Source: Caecitellus pseudoparvulus (Eukaryota; Protista; Bigyra: Bicosoecida). From it: DNA of 64,000 nt. The first letter of the stretch is position 1, and each line of letters begins with the position of its first letter. Positions 1 through 9,100 of the stretch are shown here, piece by piece. Position numbers and translations under genes: made by a program. The stretch covers positions 1 through 64,000 of the forward strand of contig CBFFRQ010000068.1 in NCBI GenBank assembly GCA_965644315.1, read 5' to 3'. The notes beneath the pieces were generated by a model, which saw only the letters and a program-made list of their open reading frames with translations, did no database searches and was not told where the DNA came from.

Positions 1-191
1 AAATATTTATAACCTTTGTCATTTGGTAAAAATAATAAATCACCTTGCTGAATACTATCTTTAATTAATGCTTTATGGGTTGGTATCTCTTGTCCTTTGT
101 CTTTCTTTGGAGGATTGGTTAATTTTAATAACTCTGAGTTTTTAGAATTTTTAATAACCTTTAATTCTTCTAAAATCTTATCTGATATCAT
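1..191 (-). CDS. Viral-type hypothetical protein, 5' part only (runs off the window)
   Basis: ATG at 191 opens MISDKILEELKVIKNSKNSELLKLTNPPKKDKGQEIPTHKALIKDSIFSKVIYYFYQMTKVINI with no stop to position 1; TCTA 10 nt upstream. Confidence 0.7.
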   Translation of the reverse strand, partial: MISDKILEELKVIKNSKNSELLKLTNPPKKDKGQEIPTHKALIKDSIQQGDLLFLPNDKGYKY

Positions 192-219
192 TAATAATAT
201 ATAGATTAATATATTATTA
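192..219 (-). terminator. AT palindrome (11-bp stem, 6-nt loop) just downstream of the ORF 225-782 stop; putative hairpin-rule polyadenylation signal overlapping the next promoter
   Basis: taataatatat (192-202) / atatattatta (209-219) is a perfect inverted repeat 5 nt after the TAA at 225-227. Confidence 0.55.
202..205 (-). promoter_or_regulatory. TCTA late-promoter-like motif for ORF starting at 191
   Basis: TCTA (taga on +) in an AT-only context, ending 10 nt upstream of the ATG; matches the CroV/mavirus late promoter in position. Confidence 0.55.
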
Positions 220-224
220 GTAAT

Positions 225-782
225 TTAAAATTTATGGTCTGGGTATTCCTCTTTTAAGTATTTAATTAAATCTTCTTTTGTTTCATATCTGGTATAAAAT
301 CCATTATTTTTAATTCTGGTTATCATTTTAATAAAAAACTCATCTTTTAATAATTCTTTTAATTCATAAGATACCGTTTTTATATTCTTTGGTAGCTTGG
401 GTAATATCTGAGATTTTAAAATATAATGTTGTTGAACGAAAGCCTCCGGACAATTTGTGCCTAAAGTGTCAATGATAAACTGCCGCTTGGGTAAATCATC
501 AATATATAAATTTATAACTTCTAATAAATCTATTAATTGTTCGAAGGTTTTAATTTTATTTTTAATATCTTCTGTTTCTGCTTCAACTTCTAATTTAACT
601 TTTTCTAGGTTTTCGAGCTTTGTATTTTTTCTGATATTAATAGATGGTTCATTAAATATTGAGTAGTAAAAGAAATATGAATAATCCTCAATTTTACAAA
701 ATTTATTTATGAGCGAGTGATAAGAATTTAACTCCCTCTTGTGAATGCTTAATAATGTCTTTAGACTTTTTAAAGTTGTCAT
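225..782 (-). CDS. Viral-type hypothetical protein (185 aa, N-terminal coiled coil)
   Basis: Intact K/I/L/E-rich ORF in ~20% GC DNA, flanked by TCTA and a terminal hairpin. Confidence 0.75.
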   Translation of the reverse strand: MTTLKSLKTLLSIHKRELNSYHSLINKFCKIEDYSYFFYYSIFNEPSINIRKNTKLENLEKVKLEVEAETEDIKNKIKTFEQLIDLLEVINLYIDDLPKRQFIIDTLGTNCPEAFVQQHYILKSQILPKLPKNIKTVSYELKELLKDEFFIKMITRIKNNGFYTRYETKEDLIKYLKEEYPDHKF

Positions 783-792
783 TATATAAATT

Positions 793-796
793 TAGA
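793..796 (-). promoter_or_regulatory. TCTA late-promoter-like motif for ORF 225-782
   Basis: TCTA ends exactly 10 nt upstream of the ATG at 782, the same spacing as for the ORF at 191. Confidence 0.55.
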
Positions 797-933
797 ATAT
801 TTATTTTTTAAATTATTTTTTAGATTTAAATAAATTCGTTTTAAGAAATATTTTTTCTCTAGATTATTATATATATCAAAATGTAATTTATATAATGTAT
901 TAAATCAACGTTGTATCATAAGCCATAATATCC

Positions 934-974
934 ATTTTTTATAAGTATTAAATAATATAATATTTATAAAAAAT
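934..974 (-). terminator. AT palindrome (17-bp stem with one mismatch, 7-nt loop) spanning the stop of ORF 964-1494
   Basis: attttttataagtatta (934-950) / taatatttataaaaaat (958-974); the TAA stop at 964-966 lies in one arm. Confidence 0.6.
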
Positions 975-1494
975 CATCTTTACATATTTCGTTAAAAATT
1001 CCTAATCTATCGGCATTATTTGGATGATAAACAATTGATAAAAATTCATCTAAAACATTTTTATATTTTACTTTGTGTTTTTCTTTATATCTTAGAATTT
1101 TTATATATTCTTTTAATGTATTTGAAGACCATTTAAAATTATCAAATATTTCTATTAAATCAAAAAAAAAGAATTCTTTTTTTTCTATTCCTTCTGCGTC
1201 CCAATCTTTCATAGGATATTTAAAAATCCAATCAATATTAAAATTTTTAGATTTATGTAATACCATAAAAATTAAATTACCATCATCAAATTTTTTTATT
1301 AAATTAAGGGTTAATCCTGATTTTCTAATATTCTTAATATCTTCAATTGTAATGTTTGAATTATCAGCCCCTCTAAATCTTGTAGCTTTAATAAATATAT
1401 TTCTTACACATTCTATATTTTCACAACAAGTTAATAAAATATCATCTTCAATATTATCACAATTCATAATATCATAATATAAATTAACATCCAT
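964..1494 (-). CDS. Giant-virus-like hypothetical protein with degenerate NPNIT/PDKPWDW-type repeats
   Basis: NSNITIEDI, DWIFKYPMKDWD and C-terminal DEFLSIVYHPNN resemble the repeat units and C-terminal EL..V[WF]HP motif common in Mimiviridae-type proteins (from recall). Confidence 0.7.
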   Translation of the reverse strand: MDVNLYYDIMNCDNIEDDILLTCCENIECVRNIFIKATRFRGADNSNITIEDIKNIRKSGLTLNLIKKFDDGNLIFMVLHKSKNFNIDWIFKYPMKDWDAEGIEKKEFFFFDLIEIFDNFKWSSNTLKEYIKILRYKEKHKVKYKNVLDEFLSIVYHPNNADRLGIFNEICKDDFL

Positions 1495-1508
1495 TATATA
1501 TATTATAC

Positions 1509-1512
1509 TAGA
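1509..1512 (-). promoter_or_regulatory. TCTA late-promoter-like motif for ORF 964-1494
   Basis: TCTA ends 14 nt upstream of the ATG at 1494 in an AT-rich context. Confidence 0.5.
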
Positions 1513-1659
1513 TAAAATAAAAATCTTTAAACCCTTTTAAGTCGTTTTTATGTGTTTTTTATTATATATTCGCACACGCCCCACGCTATGTCTGATTCTT
1601 TTGATATTATTATATATGGTCTCGTCTCGCTCGTTTGGTCCTTCTCTCTTTCTTTTTAT

Positions 1660-2005
1660 CGTAATGTAATGCTTACACAACAACACAAATTACATCTCAA
1701 AATATCATATTGATTAAAGGTTGTTTAAATTCTCAAAATATAGCCGTTTTTCCTGTTGTTCTGTATTTTCGTTAGCTTGTTTAATTTGTTTGTAATGTAT
1801 CTGTATTTTACAACAGAGAATCTGTATCATATAGTTTGTAATGAATCTTACACAAAAACATAAAAAACATCTGAAAATATCATATTGATAAAAGGTTATA
1901 TGAAATCTTGAAAAATAGCTGTTTTTCCTGTTGTTCTGTATCTTTGGTGTCTCTTAGAGTTTTTTTATATAGTATCTGTATTATATAACAGATATTGTGT
2001 ATTTA
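1660..2005. repeat. Imperfect tandem duplication, two copies of ~175 bp
   Basis: cttacacaa..acatct.aaaatatcatattgat.aaaggtt..tagc.gtttttcctgttgttctgtat..gtatctgtatt..aacaga starts at 1672 and again at 1847 (offset 175). Confidence 0.85.
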
Positions 2006-2880
2006 TAATATTTATAGTAATTAGAAGGGATTATTTATAACTTTATCATATGGATTTAATAATATTACGCTATCGCATAATATCATTAACTGTTTTGATT
2101 ATTGGCACAGATCAATTTTTATCAATAAAATTGATCGAGCATGACGATAGTATTGTAGAGTATGAGACCCTGGAGCCAAAAAATATAATTTTACAACGCC
2201 CTTTTCGACGCGAAGGAATCGTTGTCCAATCACTAAATTTTGCACGTATTCCTTTTTGCATAGTCTCTACACCATGACAATATGTATTGTTCCGTGTTCG
2301 TGGTACAACATGCCAAAACGCCGTTTTCAGCCATTTTTCAAAACCAGTTTCTATCAAGTATCCGACATAATATCAATCGTAATACAAATTTGAACCCATT
2401 AGTGTTTAGAGTATATCAATGTCCACCTTTCATGAAAAGGCAGTGCTCATCGTCATTCTTTGAGAACGTTCAAAGGCGTGTCAACAATTCGACTCCAGTT
2501 TGATGAACCCCAAAATCTGCCATTTTCTTGAGAGGTAAAGATGAATCACAAACTGAAACAAATTAAAACTATGTCTGGGGACTGCGTACAATGGATAAAT
2601 ACTTCAATGGTTTGGTTCAATATGTCCAGGTGTGTGATACAGCGCTATCAATGCTTTCCACCTGAAGGAGCATTGGGCTGTTTGGAGCCTGAAGAAGCCA
2701 CGAAAGTGCATTAAGTACCTACTCATGCATGTAACGTGTTAGTGATGATACGGCAAATGCTCCTCGTATTCACGTGTATCAGAATATGTACGATAATCAC
2801 GTTTCACGGTGTCAAACCTACTACTGAGGAACTGCATGGAGCCTGTTTCAGATTTTGCATTGTTCCAGAATTCCCACGCG

Positions 2881-3597
2881 CTAGTCGGGACGACCTTCAG
2901 GTGCCCTAAAACCTTTCTGCGTGTTTTCAATCTGCAAAATGCTGCTATCAGTGTCTGAACTGCTTGAGGAATCCAGCGTGTAAGTCCTGCCTGACGCTAC
3001 AAGGGTGTGCCGATGTCGCAATTTTGCCGTCGTAAACAGCATATCTAACGCCTGCACAGAAGCTGGAGAATGCCAGTAGGCCAGGCAGGGTTCTTCCCAT
3101 TGACCTAGCGCCCAGATGACCGCGAGTATCATCAATCGCTTGGGAAGCCACGCATTGGCAGCAGGGCTTCCCACACCTGCTGCAGTTCCAAGCAGCTCCC
3201 ATGGCCTGTGGATCTGATGCTCCAGTTTCTTAGCCTGTCTCAATGTTGGAATTTCAGGTACATGGAGGATGAGCATCCACGTTTGACCCGCAGTCTGCCT
3301 TGCGCCAGTCCCATTGTTGTGCTTGGCCAGCCGGTCCAGAACGCCAGCTGTCGCACTTAGTCGAACCAGACGCTTGAAAGCAATGCTCATTGCTCCTCAT
3401 CCAACAACCATTCACGATCGTTCAAGTACAGGGCAGTCAAGGCAACTACTGAGACTGAACACTTTCCTTGCCGATCTTGCAGATCGATCGCAGCAATTCT
3501 TGCAAGCAAATTCATAGGCGTATTTCACACCGAATTGATCTGTGCCGGATACGCCTTGTGTCAAGTCAAAACAAAGCACAAGTCGTGTCGCTGACAT
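2881..3597 (-). CDS. Degenerate SLX1-like GIY-YIG nuclease-domain gene (probable intron 3373-3462) or pseudogene
   Basis: LDRLAKHNNGTGARQT..W.LIL.V....TLRQAKKLEHQIH matches the R-L-x-x-H-N-x-G-x-G-A-x-x-T ... A-x-x-E pattern. The in-frame upstream ORF 3412-3597 carries KYAYEFAC (first motif). A phase-0 GT..AG intron would remove both intervening TGAs. Confidence 0.55.
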
Positions 3598-3605
3598 CAG
3601 CGACG

Positions 3606-3722
3606 TATCCTCTAGTATATCTAAAAATATAGATTCTGATATAAATAAATATATATTAATATATTGTATGCGGGGTATGTATTCATAGAGTCTATAGCTG
3701 ATTAGTAGATATATATATATTT
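3606..3722. promoter_or_regulatory. AT-rich island between divergent ORFs; putative bidirectional promoter or element junction
   Basis: ~115 nt, mostly A/T, with an (AT)n tract, several TCTA/TAGA and short palindromes, set in 50-60% GC DNA between ATGs at 3597(-) and 3723/3797(+). Confidence 0.4.
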
Positions 3723-3796
3723 ATGTCCGCTTCTGAGTCCGTGTTAGCCGCAGGTTGCGTTAGCAATCCGAGGCACGGCAGCTCATACATTTATGT

Positions 3797-4621
3797 ATGC
3801 TGTCCCCCGTACACTTGTGGCAGACCTTACAAGTGCTGCACGGCGAAGATCTCCCTACTCTCTTTCGGGAATGCCCGCTGTGCCACAGCCGCATGTGGTC
3901 CAGCCTCCATGAGCATATCCTGCTTGCTTGCCCCCACCCCCCTCTGGCAGAGTCCAGAGCAGCAACCCTGACAAGCGTCCTCCAGCTGACACTTCGTTCT
4001 GCAGAGGAAGGGTCGAGCAACCCACAACCCCACCGCGTTGGGGTCCCTTCACTCTTGGTAGCATCCCTGCGCCGCTGGGAGGCTGGTCTGTACCTTCGCA
4101 CACCAGAGCGCAAGACCATGCTTCGCTTTCTCCTCCTTGGTCAGTGGCCATTCCGATGGGGCACTGCTGCAGAGCTCCAACATGTGTCCAGGGAGCAGGC
4201 ATCTGTGCTGTCGAATCCCCACCTGACTCTTCGAAACTCCGAGGGTCCTCTCCTTCCTCCACTCTATTGGAAGACGATGCTTGTGAAGGCGGCTGAGTAT
4301 TCCTCATCTGCATGGGACGAGTGTGTGAAGCGCATGCTGAAACTTACCTCTGAGGACTTCCTACCTGTGCAGAAGCATGCGCGATATCTGTGGTGGGCGG
4401 CGCATGGTCGCGGAAGTGCGCTACCAGGATCCTCCACACCCTTGCCGAGTGCAGTGAGAAAGCACACGGCGAGGGTGCGGGCGAGGCGCTTCGAGCGCAC
4501 TTACTACCCAGTGCGCTCTGAACGGCGTGCACCACGCTCCTTCAGCACCCAGTCCACTCTGTTCGATGTAGGTGTCTCCAGGCCTGATAGTCCTTCCAGT
4601 TCGGGATCCGACTCGGAGTAG
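3797..4621 (+). pseudogene. Non-LTR retrotransposon ORF2-like C-terminal fragment (CCHC zinc knuckle); no RT domain present
   Basis: ECPLCHSRMWSSLHEHILLACP = C-x2-C-x10-H-x4-C, typical of LINE ORF2 C-termini, followed by LRFLLLG and a helical W-rich tail; no RT or endonuclease motifs upstream. Confidence 0.45.
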
Positions 4622-4972
4622 TCCTTGCACTCTCCGAAGAACGTCCGTGGATCTGTGAAAGAAATTCTGCAAGGCGTGGTGAGAACCACGATGGAACCAG
4701 AAGGCTTGGCAACGTGGGCCCAAGCGGCCCCCTTCATGTTGACCTCTCTCTGCGAAGCGGAGAGGAATAGGTCAAGAAATGCTGTCACAGTGCTTACCTG
4801 GAGGTTCTTGATCCCATACAAGTCCTAGCTGTCTCCCTGCAGCGGCGCGTGCGGAACTTGGCGTGCTTGACGCACGGGCGTCAGGCGCGCCGCCAGAGAG
4901 GACTCACCAGGATCCAAGCCGTCCACAAGCACTCCAAGGGTTTACCTGCGCAGAAAGGATCGGAAAGGGCGC

Positions 4973-5315
4973 GGAACGTACCAAGAACAAGGCGTTCCTC
5001 AGGTGTTCGGCGGGGCAGGCAGTGCGTGATGCTGCCAGGTGCACTGCCCCACTGCGAAACGCCCCCACTTGTCCCGGGCACTGAGGCCCATGTAGGGCCC
5101 ACAGTGGGACGAAGTCCCGGGCCCGAGTCGGAAACCGGCCCGGGATAATGGGGGAAGTTGAATTGTAAGCTGATGGAATGTCTGAGTGGGTGGCGCTGAC
5201 TGCGCACCCCCCCAAGAGACCGAGCTCTGGCCCCCTCGCGGGCATGTGGACCTTCTTTCGAAGGGGCGGGCGTTGAAACGCCCTAGCGAAGCGGCGGCTT
5301 ATACAACGGACTCAC
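4973..5315. other. Non-coding highly structured region (chain of hairpins and two multibranch domains)
   Basis: Stems 4973-4978/4993-4998, 5012-5018/5044-5050, 5062-5078/5139-5154 (enclosing 5079-5106 and 5107-5117) and 5163-5170/5297-5306 (enclosing 5230-5243, 5251-5264, 5268-5283 and GCGAAGC at 5286-5292). Confidence 0.6.
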
Positions 5316-6117
5316 GTCTGTGCTGGCTGCAGATCCATTAACATGGTAGCCGCTGTGGTGTACACCGGAGCGCACTCGTGTGCGACGGTGAGCAGGACAC
5401 CACGTGTGATGCCCCAGCTGCACCGCGCCTGTGGCAAGCGTGGAAGCGAATTGCAATGCATTGACTGTCTAAACCGGCAAAATTGGTGCGGTGCCCAATG
5501 ATCATGTGCGCGAATGAGGCACATTGCAGTGGTTCGTGCGAACCTCAGACGCCAGTCCAGGGGCGCGCAGGGGGCCTCACAGAGCCAGTAGCCTCGCTGC
5601 GTTTCAAGTGTGTTGAGTGCTGGTCGCGGCGACCTGCACCATCGCTGTAATCCACCTTGATCAAGTCCGAATCGTAAGACCTCGTTACTTGATTTGGAGG
5701 CGGCGACGAGGTGTTTCTACGGCTCTGCAACGCTCCATGGAGATAATGCCCCAACAGGAGACGAAATTTCCAAAAATTTGTGCTACATACAATCCTAATA
5801 GATTTATGGAAGTGTTCCTGTCCAAAGCGTGCCCGTGGGTTGTCTCTCTCCTGCCAGAGAGCGCTGCACAGTGCGGGTGTGGCGTTTCGGTTTGCCTCAC
5901 CACGCCAATCCACGAGGCCTGCGATATCTCTGCATTGGGCTGCACTCCACCGGCTCTGAACAGTTGAGAGGTCCGTTACATGAAGGTAGTCTTATGAAAC
6001 GTTGAATTATTCTGCAAGTCTCTCATACCACGCGTCTAGCCTCGGGGTCCTGGCTGGCCTGTGTGTGGATGAAACTCCCTTCACCCAGCCGGAGCGCCGG
6101 TGGCCCTGCTCCAGCCC

Positions 6118-9100
6118 TCAGCATCGCGCACGCTTGGCACTCGGCGAACTGAGACCATGGTGCCTTGCTCGCTTCTCCCGCTGGACAAACTGCTCTTCTT
6201 CCCCCTGCATCAAGCTGGCCACTCGCTCGACCTGGCCGACAGTGGCGTGAGCAGCGGAAGCGATGCGGGACGCCGCTGTGTTGGGGCTGTACTTGACAGT
6301 CTTGGCCTCTTGCGTCTCCCTCTCCTCCCTGAGCAGTCGGCGAATATCTTCCTCAACCTCTGGCGTGACGGACGAGCTGGCCTTGTGGTACAGGGGCAGG
6401 CCACGGGCCTTGGCTTCCTCGAACGTGGTAGGTGCAGGCGCATCCGGGCAGCTCTGCAAGGCTGCTGTCAAGGTACCTCGAGCAAAGCCACCTACATCAC
6501 CTGTCAGCACAGAGCAAAGCTCCAGAGTAGCCGCAACGTCTTGAGACTTGCTGTGTGTCTCTTCCTGGCGGCATTCATCGCTCGCATACGTGGACAGCAG
6601 CTTGGCAGCAGTGGCCTGGTTCTTCTCCAGCCAGTACAACGTGAGGTTCATCTCGGCAACATCCAGGCGAGTGGATGTGCCTGCTGACACCATGTGCCGC
6701 ATGCCTGAGTGCAGGCTCTCATTGCCCCCGGTGGTGGTGGCGCCGTGCACCGCGTCACGCCCATCCAACAAGCCTTGAAGCCCCACATCATACTGCAATG
6801 ACGCCTTGACCCGAGCACGAACGGCGGGAAAGGAGGACTTGAGATCCAGGATGCCGCGTGTGATGCGGCCTTGCACGGCGGTGCCTGCGCCACCCCGCGA
6901 TGAAGGCGCCCACACCTGGCGAAACAGGCTTGCAGTGCGCTCCAGTGCCGCTGAGGCCTGTTTGTGAGTGCAGGGCCCAATGTGAAGGGGAAGAATGGGC
7001 ACCCCGCTCGGGTGCACCCCAGCCTGAGTTGGCGTGAAGTGCTCTCCTTGGCACCGACGGAGCAGCATGCCTGCTGAAGTGGCACAGGCAGCAGCCAGAG
7101 CGAGCGGGACGTGCTTGCGAAGCCTCGCGGCAGCCCCAACTGCACGCCCTGGCCCATACAGGGCCCACCCATAGGCTGCGAGGAATTCTTGGACTTGTGT
7201 CTTTTGGGAGTCTGAAAGGGACTTGCGTTGCAAGATGCGGCAGGCGCAGTCGATGAAGGCCTGGATGTCGGCAGGCTCAGCAGAGACCAAGGCGGCTCGT
7301 TGGCGAGCAGCGGCATCCTCTGGAAGGAGCAGTTTGGGAGACACCACGCCCAGTGCAGGTGTTCGGATCCACTCCACTGTGTCGAACCACAGCCTGATCA
7401 TAAGTGGGCCATCCTGGTGCATGCCTTTCTTGGGAATGGCCTTGGCCACGCGTCTGGCGAAGTGCCACGGGTCCACGGCGAACCGCACCACGCCTTTCCG
7501 CAGCAGTGGGAAGTGCACGTCGATGATTGCCTGCAGGGCGTGCTGGTGGATCTTGAGGTTGTCCACTGTGATGACGCTGGGGTGGGACGCCGCCGGGCCG
7601 CGCTCCGGCAGGTGTCCCTTCAGCCTGCACAGCACTAAGTCCAGGACCCAGGCCAAGTTTGCCGCGCTTTCGTATCCCGTGAACATGGGAGGCTGCAGGA
7701 TGAAGCCGTACCGGCCCACAACCGTGGCTATGCAGGGAGCTACTCGCCACCGAGTCCTGCGTGTGGCCCGCGTGGCCCGGCCTCCGCTGCCCGCACAGGC
7801 TTCCTCCTCTGCACCCTCGTCGCTGTCGCTGTCGCTGGCGCTGTCGCTGTCGCTGGCGCAGTCACTGCCTTCTTCCCCATCCAGCTCATCTTCAGGCTCT
7901 TCCTCGCCCAGCTCGTGCTGTGGACTGGCTCGCGCAGCTCTGGCTCTGCGCAGTGGCTGCGGGCCCGCGACGTGCACCCGGGCCGAAGATGCAAACGTCC
8001 AGTCTACGCCGATGGTGTCAGCGAAGCGTGCGAGGGCCTGCAGGTACCCCTCCACATGCGGCTTGACAGCGGCATGGTAGATGTGCAGGGTGGCATCACG
8101 CAGAGCCTTGCCACTTGTGCTGGATCGCACGTTGCCCACAACATGCTTTCTGGCTCGGTGCACGGCTTGGGCCAGCGCATATTGCACCTCAGGGCATTCA
8201 TCGAGAGAGGAGTGCTTCTTGAACAGCTTCTCTTTCCAGGAGTCTACCTTGTCCTCGAAGGGCCGCATGAGGTCTCGCCAGAAGGCTTTCTGCACCTTGA
8301 CCATGCCTTCCCGACGATGCGCAACGTAGTTCTCCCACAGACTCGTAGCAGCAGCCTCGTCCATGAGAATGGTGCCAGCGATCGCGCATGGTATGGAAAG
8401 GACCAGCCTGCGGCCCTCCATGCCAGGTGGGGACGATCCATCTGGGAGTACGTCCGGGTACAGCTGGTGCTTGACCCTCCAAAAGGATCGCGACCCCACT
8501 GTGACAGCAAATCGATGGCTTCTGCAGAGCAGAGTCGCCTTTGTTACAGGCTGCACTCCCTTGAATCCGGTGAATAGACACTGCTTCGCGCTGTGGGAGC
8601 CATTGGTCGTCCACTTGCACGTGCCGTGGCAGCTGCCTGCCTTGGGACAGGTGCCCCATGGCAGCTGCTGCCGCACATCAGTCCAGCCCTTGCTACTCAC
8701 GGATAGAACTGTGAGTTCGGTGCGCATGGAGGGGTGCGCCATGCTTCCCTTCAGGTCCGCTTCCATCTGGACCAGGTCCGCTTGGACCTCTGCGGGGATG
8801 GGTCGGTCACCCACCTGGGCCGGCCTGCCAGCTTGTGCGGCCACTGCGACTTCGAAGCGCAACCGTGCTGCGGCTGCAGCTGCTTGGTATGCTTCACTGG
8901 CTGGCAGGCTGTGGCCGTCTGGGCTCCACGGCACAGTCTTGCTGCGGCATGGGCCAGGAGGGCGAGGGAGGAAGGGTAACTGCTCGCCACAGGCTGCGTG
9001 GGTGGCAGCGAGGCCCACTGGCTGGACGTCCAGGGTGACGGGCTGCTTGCGGGTGGGGATGTAGTGCTCGTACAGGGAGCCTGCCAGGGCAGCGTTCGCA

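Larger units (their letters stand above)
1..2050. mobile_element. End of an AT-rich endogenous viral element (virophage/Polinton-like or Mimiviridae-derived); right boundary approximate
   Basis: About 20-27% GC versus ~65% in the host. Intronless co-oriented ORFs, TCTA motifs before the ATGs, terminal hairpins, an NCLDV-type repeat protein, then a ~550-nt non-coding tail with a 175-bp tandem repeat (TIR-like region). No capsid, packaging ATPase or integrase gene inside the window. Confidence 0.65.

Noticed and set aside
2233-2523. Minus-strand frame from ATG 2523 interrupted only by three TGA codons (possible TGA=Trp code)
   Set aside because: The product is unrecognisable, contains TGG codons, and host genes in the window use TGA as a stop; more likely decayed or non-coding sequence.
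4996-5002. CTGAGGA on the minus strand, a hammerhead-ribozyme core half
   Set aside because: No stem II followed by GAAA, so the core cannot be completed.
5107-5315. Resemblance of GAAGTCCC..ACAACGGACTCA to RNase MRP/P conserved regions
   Set aside because: The P4 pseudoknot pairing and spacing could not be built convincingly; kept only as an unclassified structured region.
5320-6117. Short ORFs (5545-5913, 5617-5967, 5685-5945) and a search for transposon TIRs against 10330-10600
   Set aside because: No recognisable domain; only a weak ~17-nt inverted similarity (near 5144 versus 10540), not enough to call a TIR.
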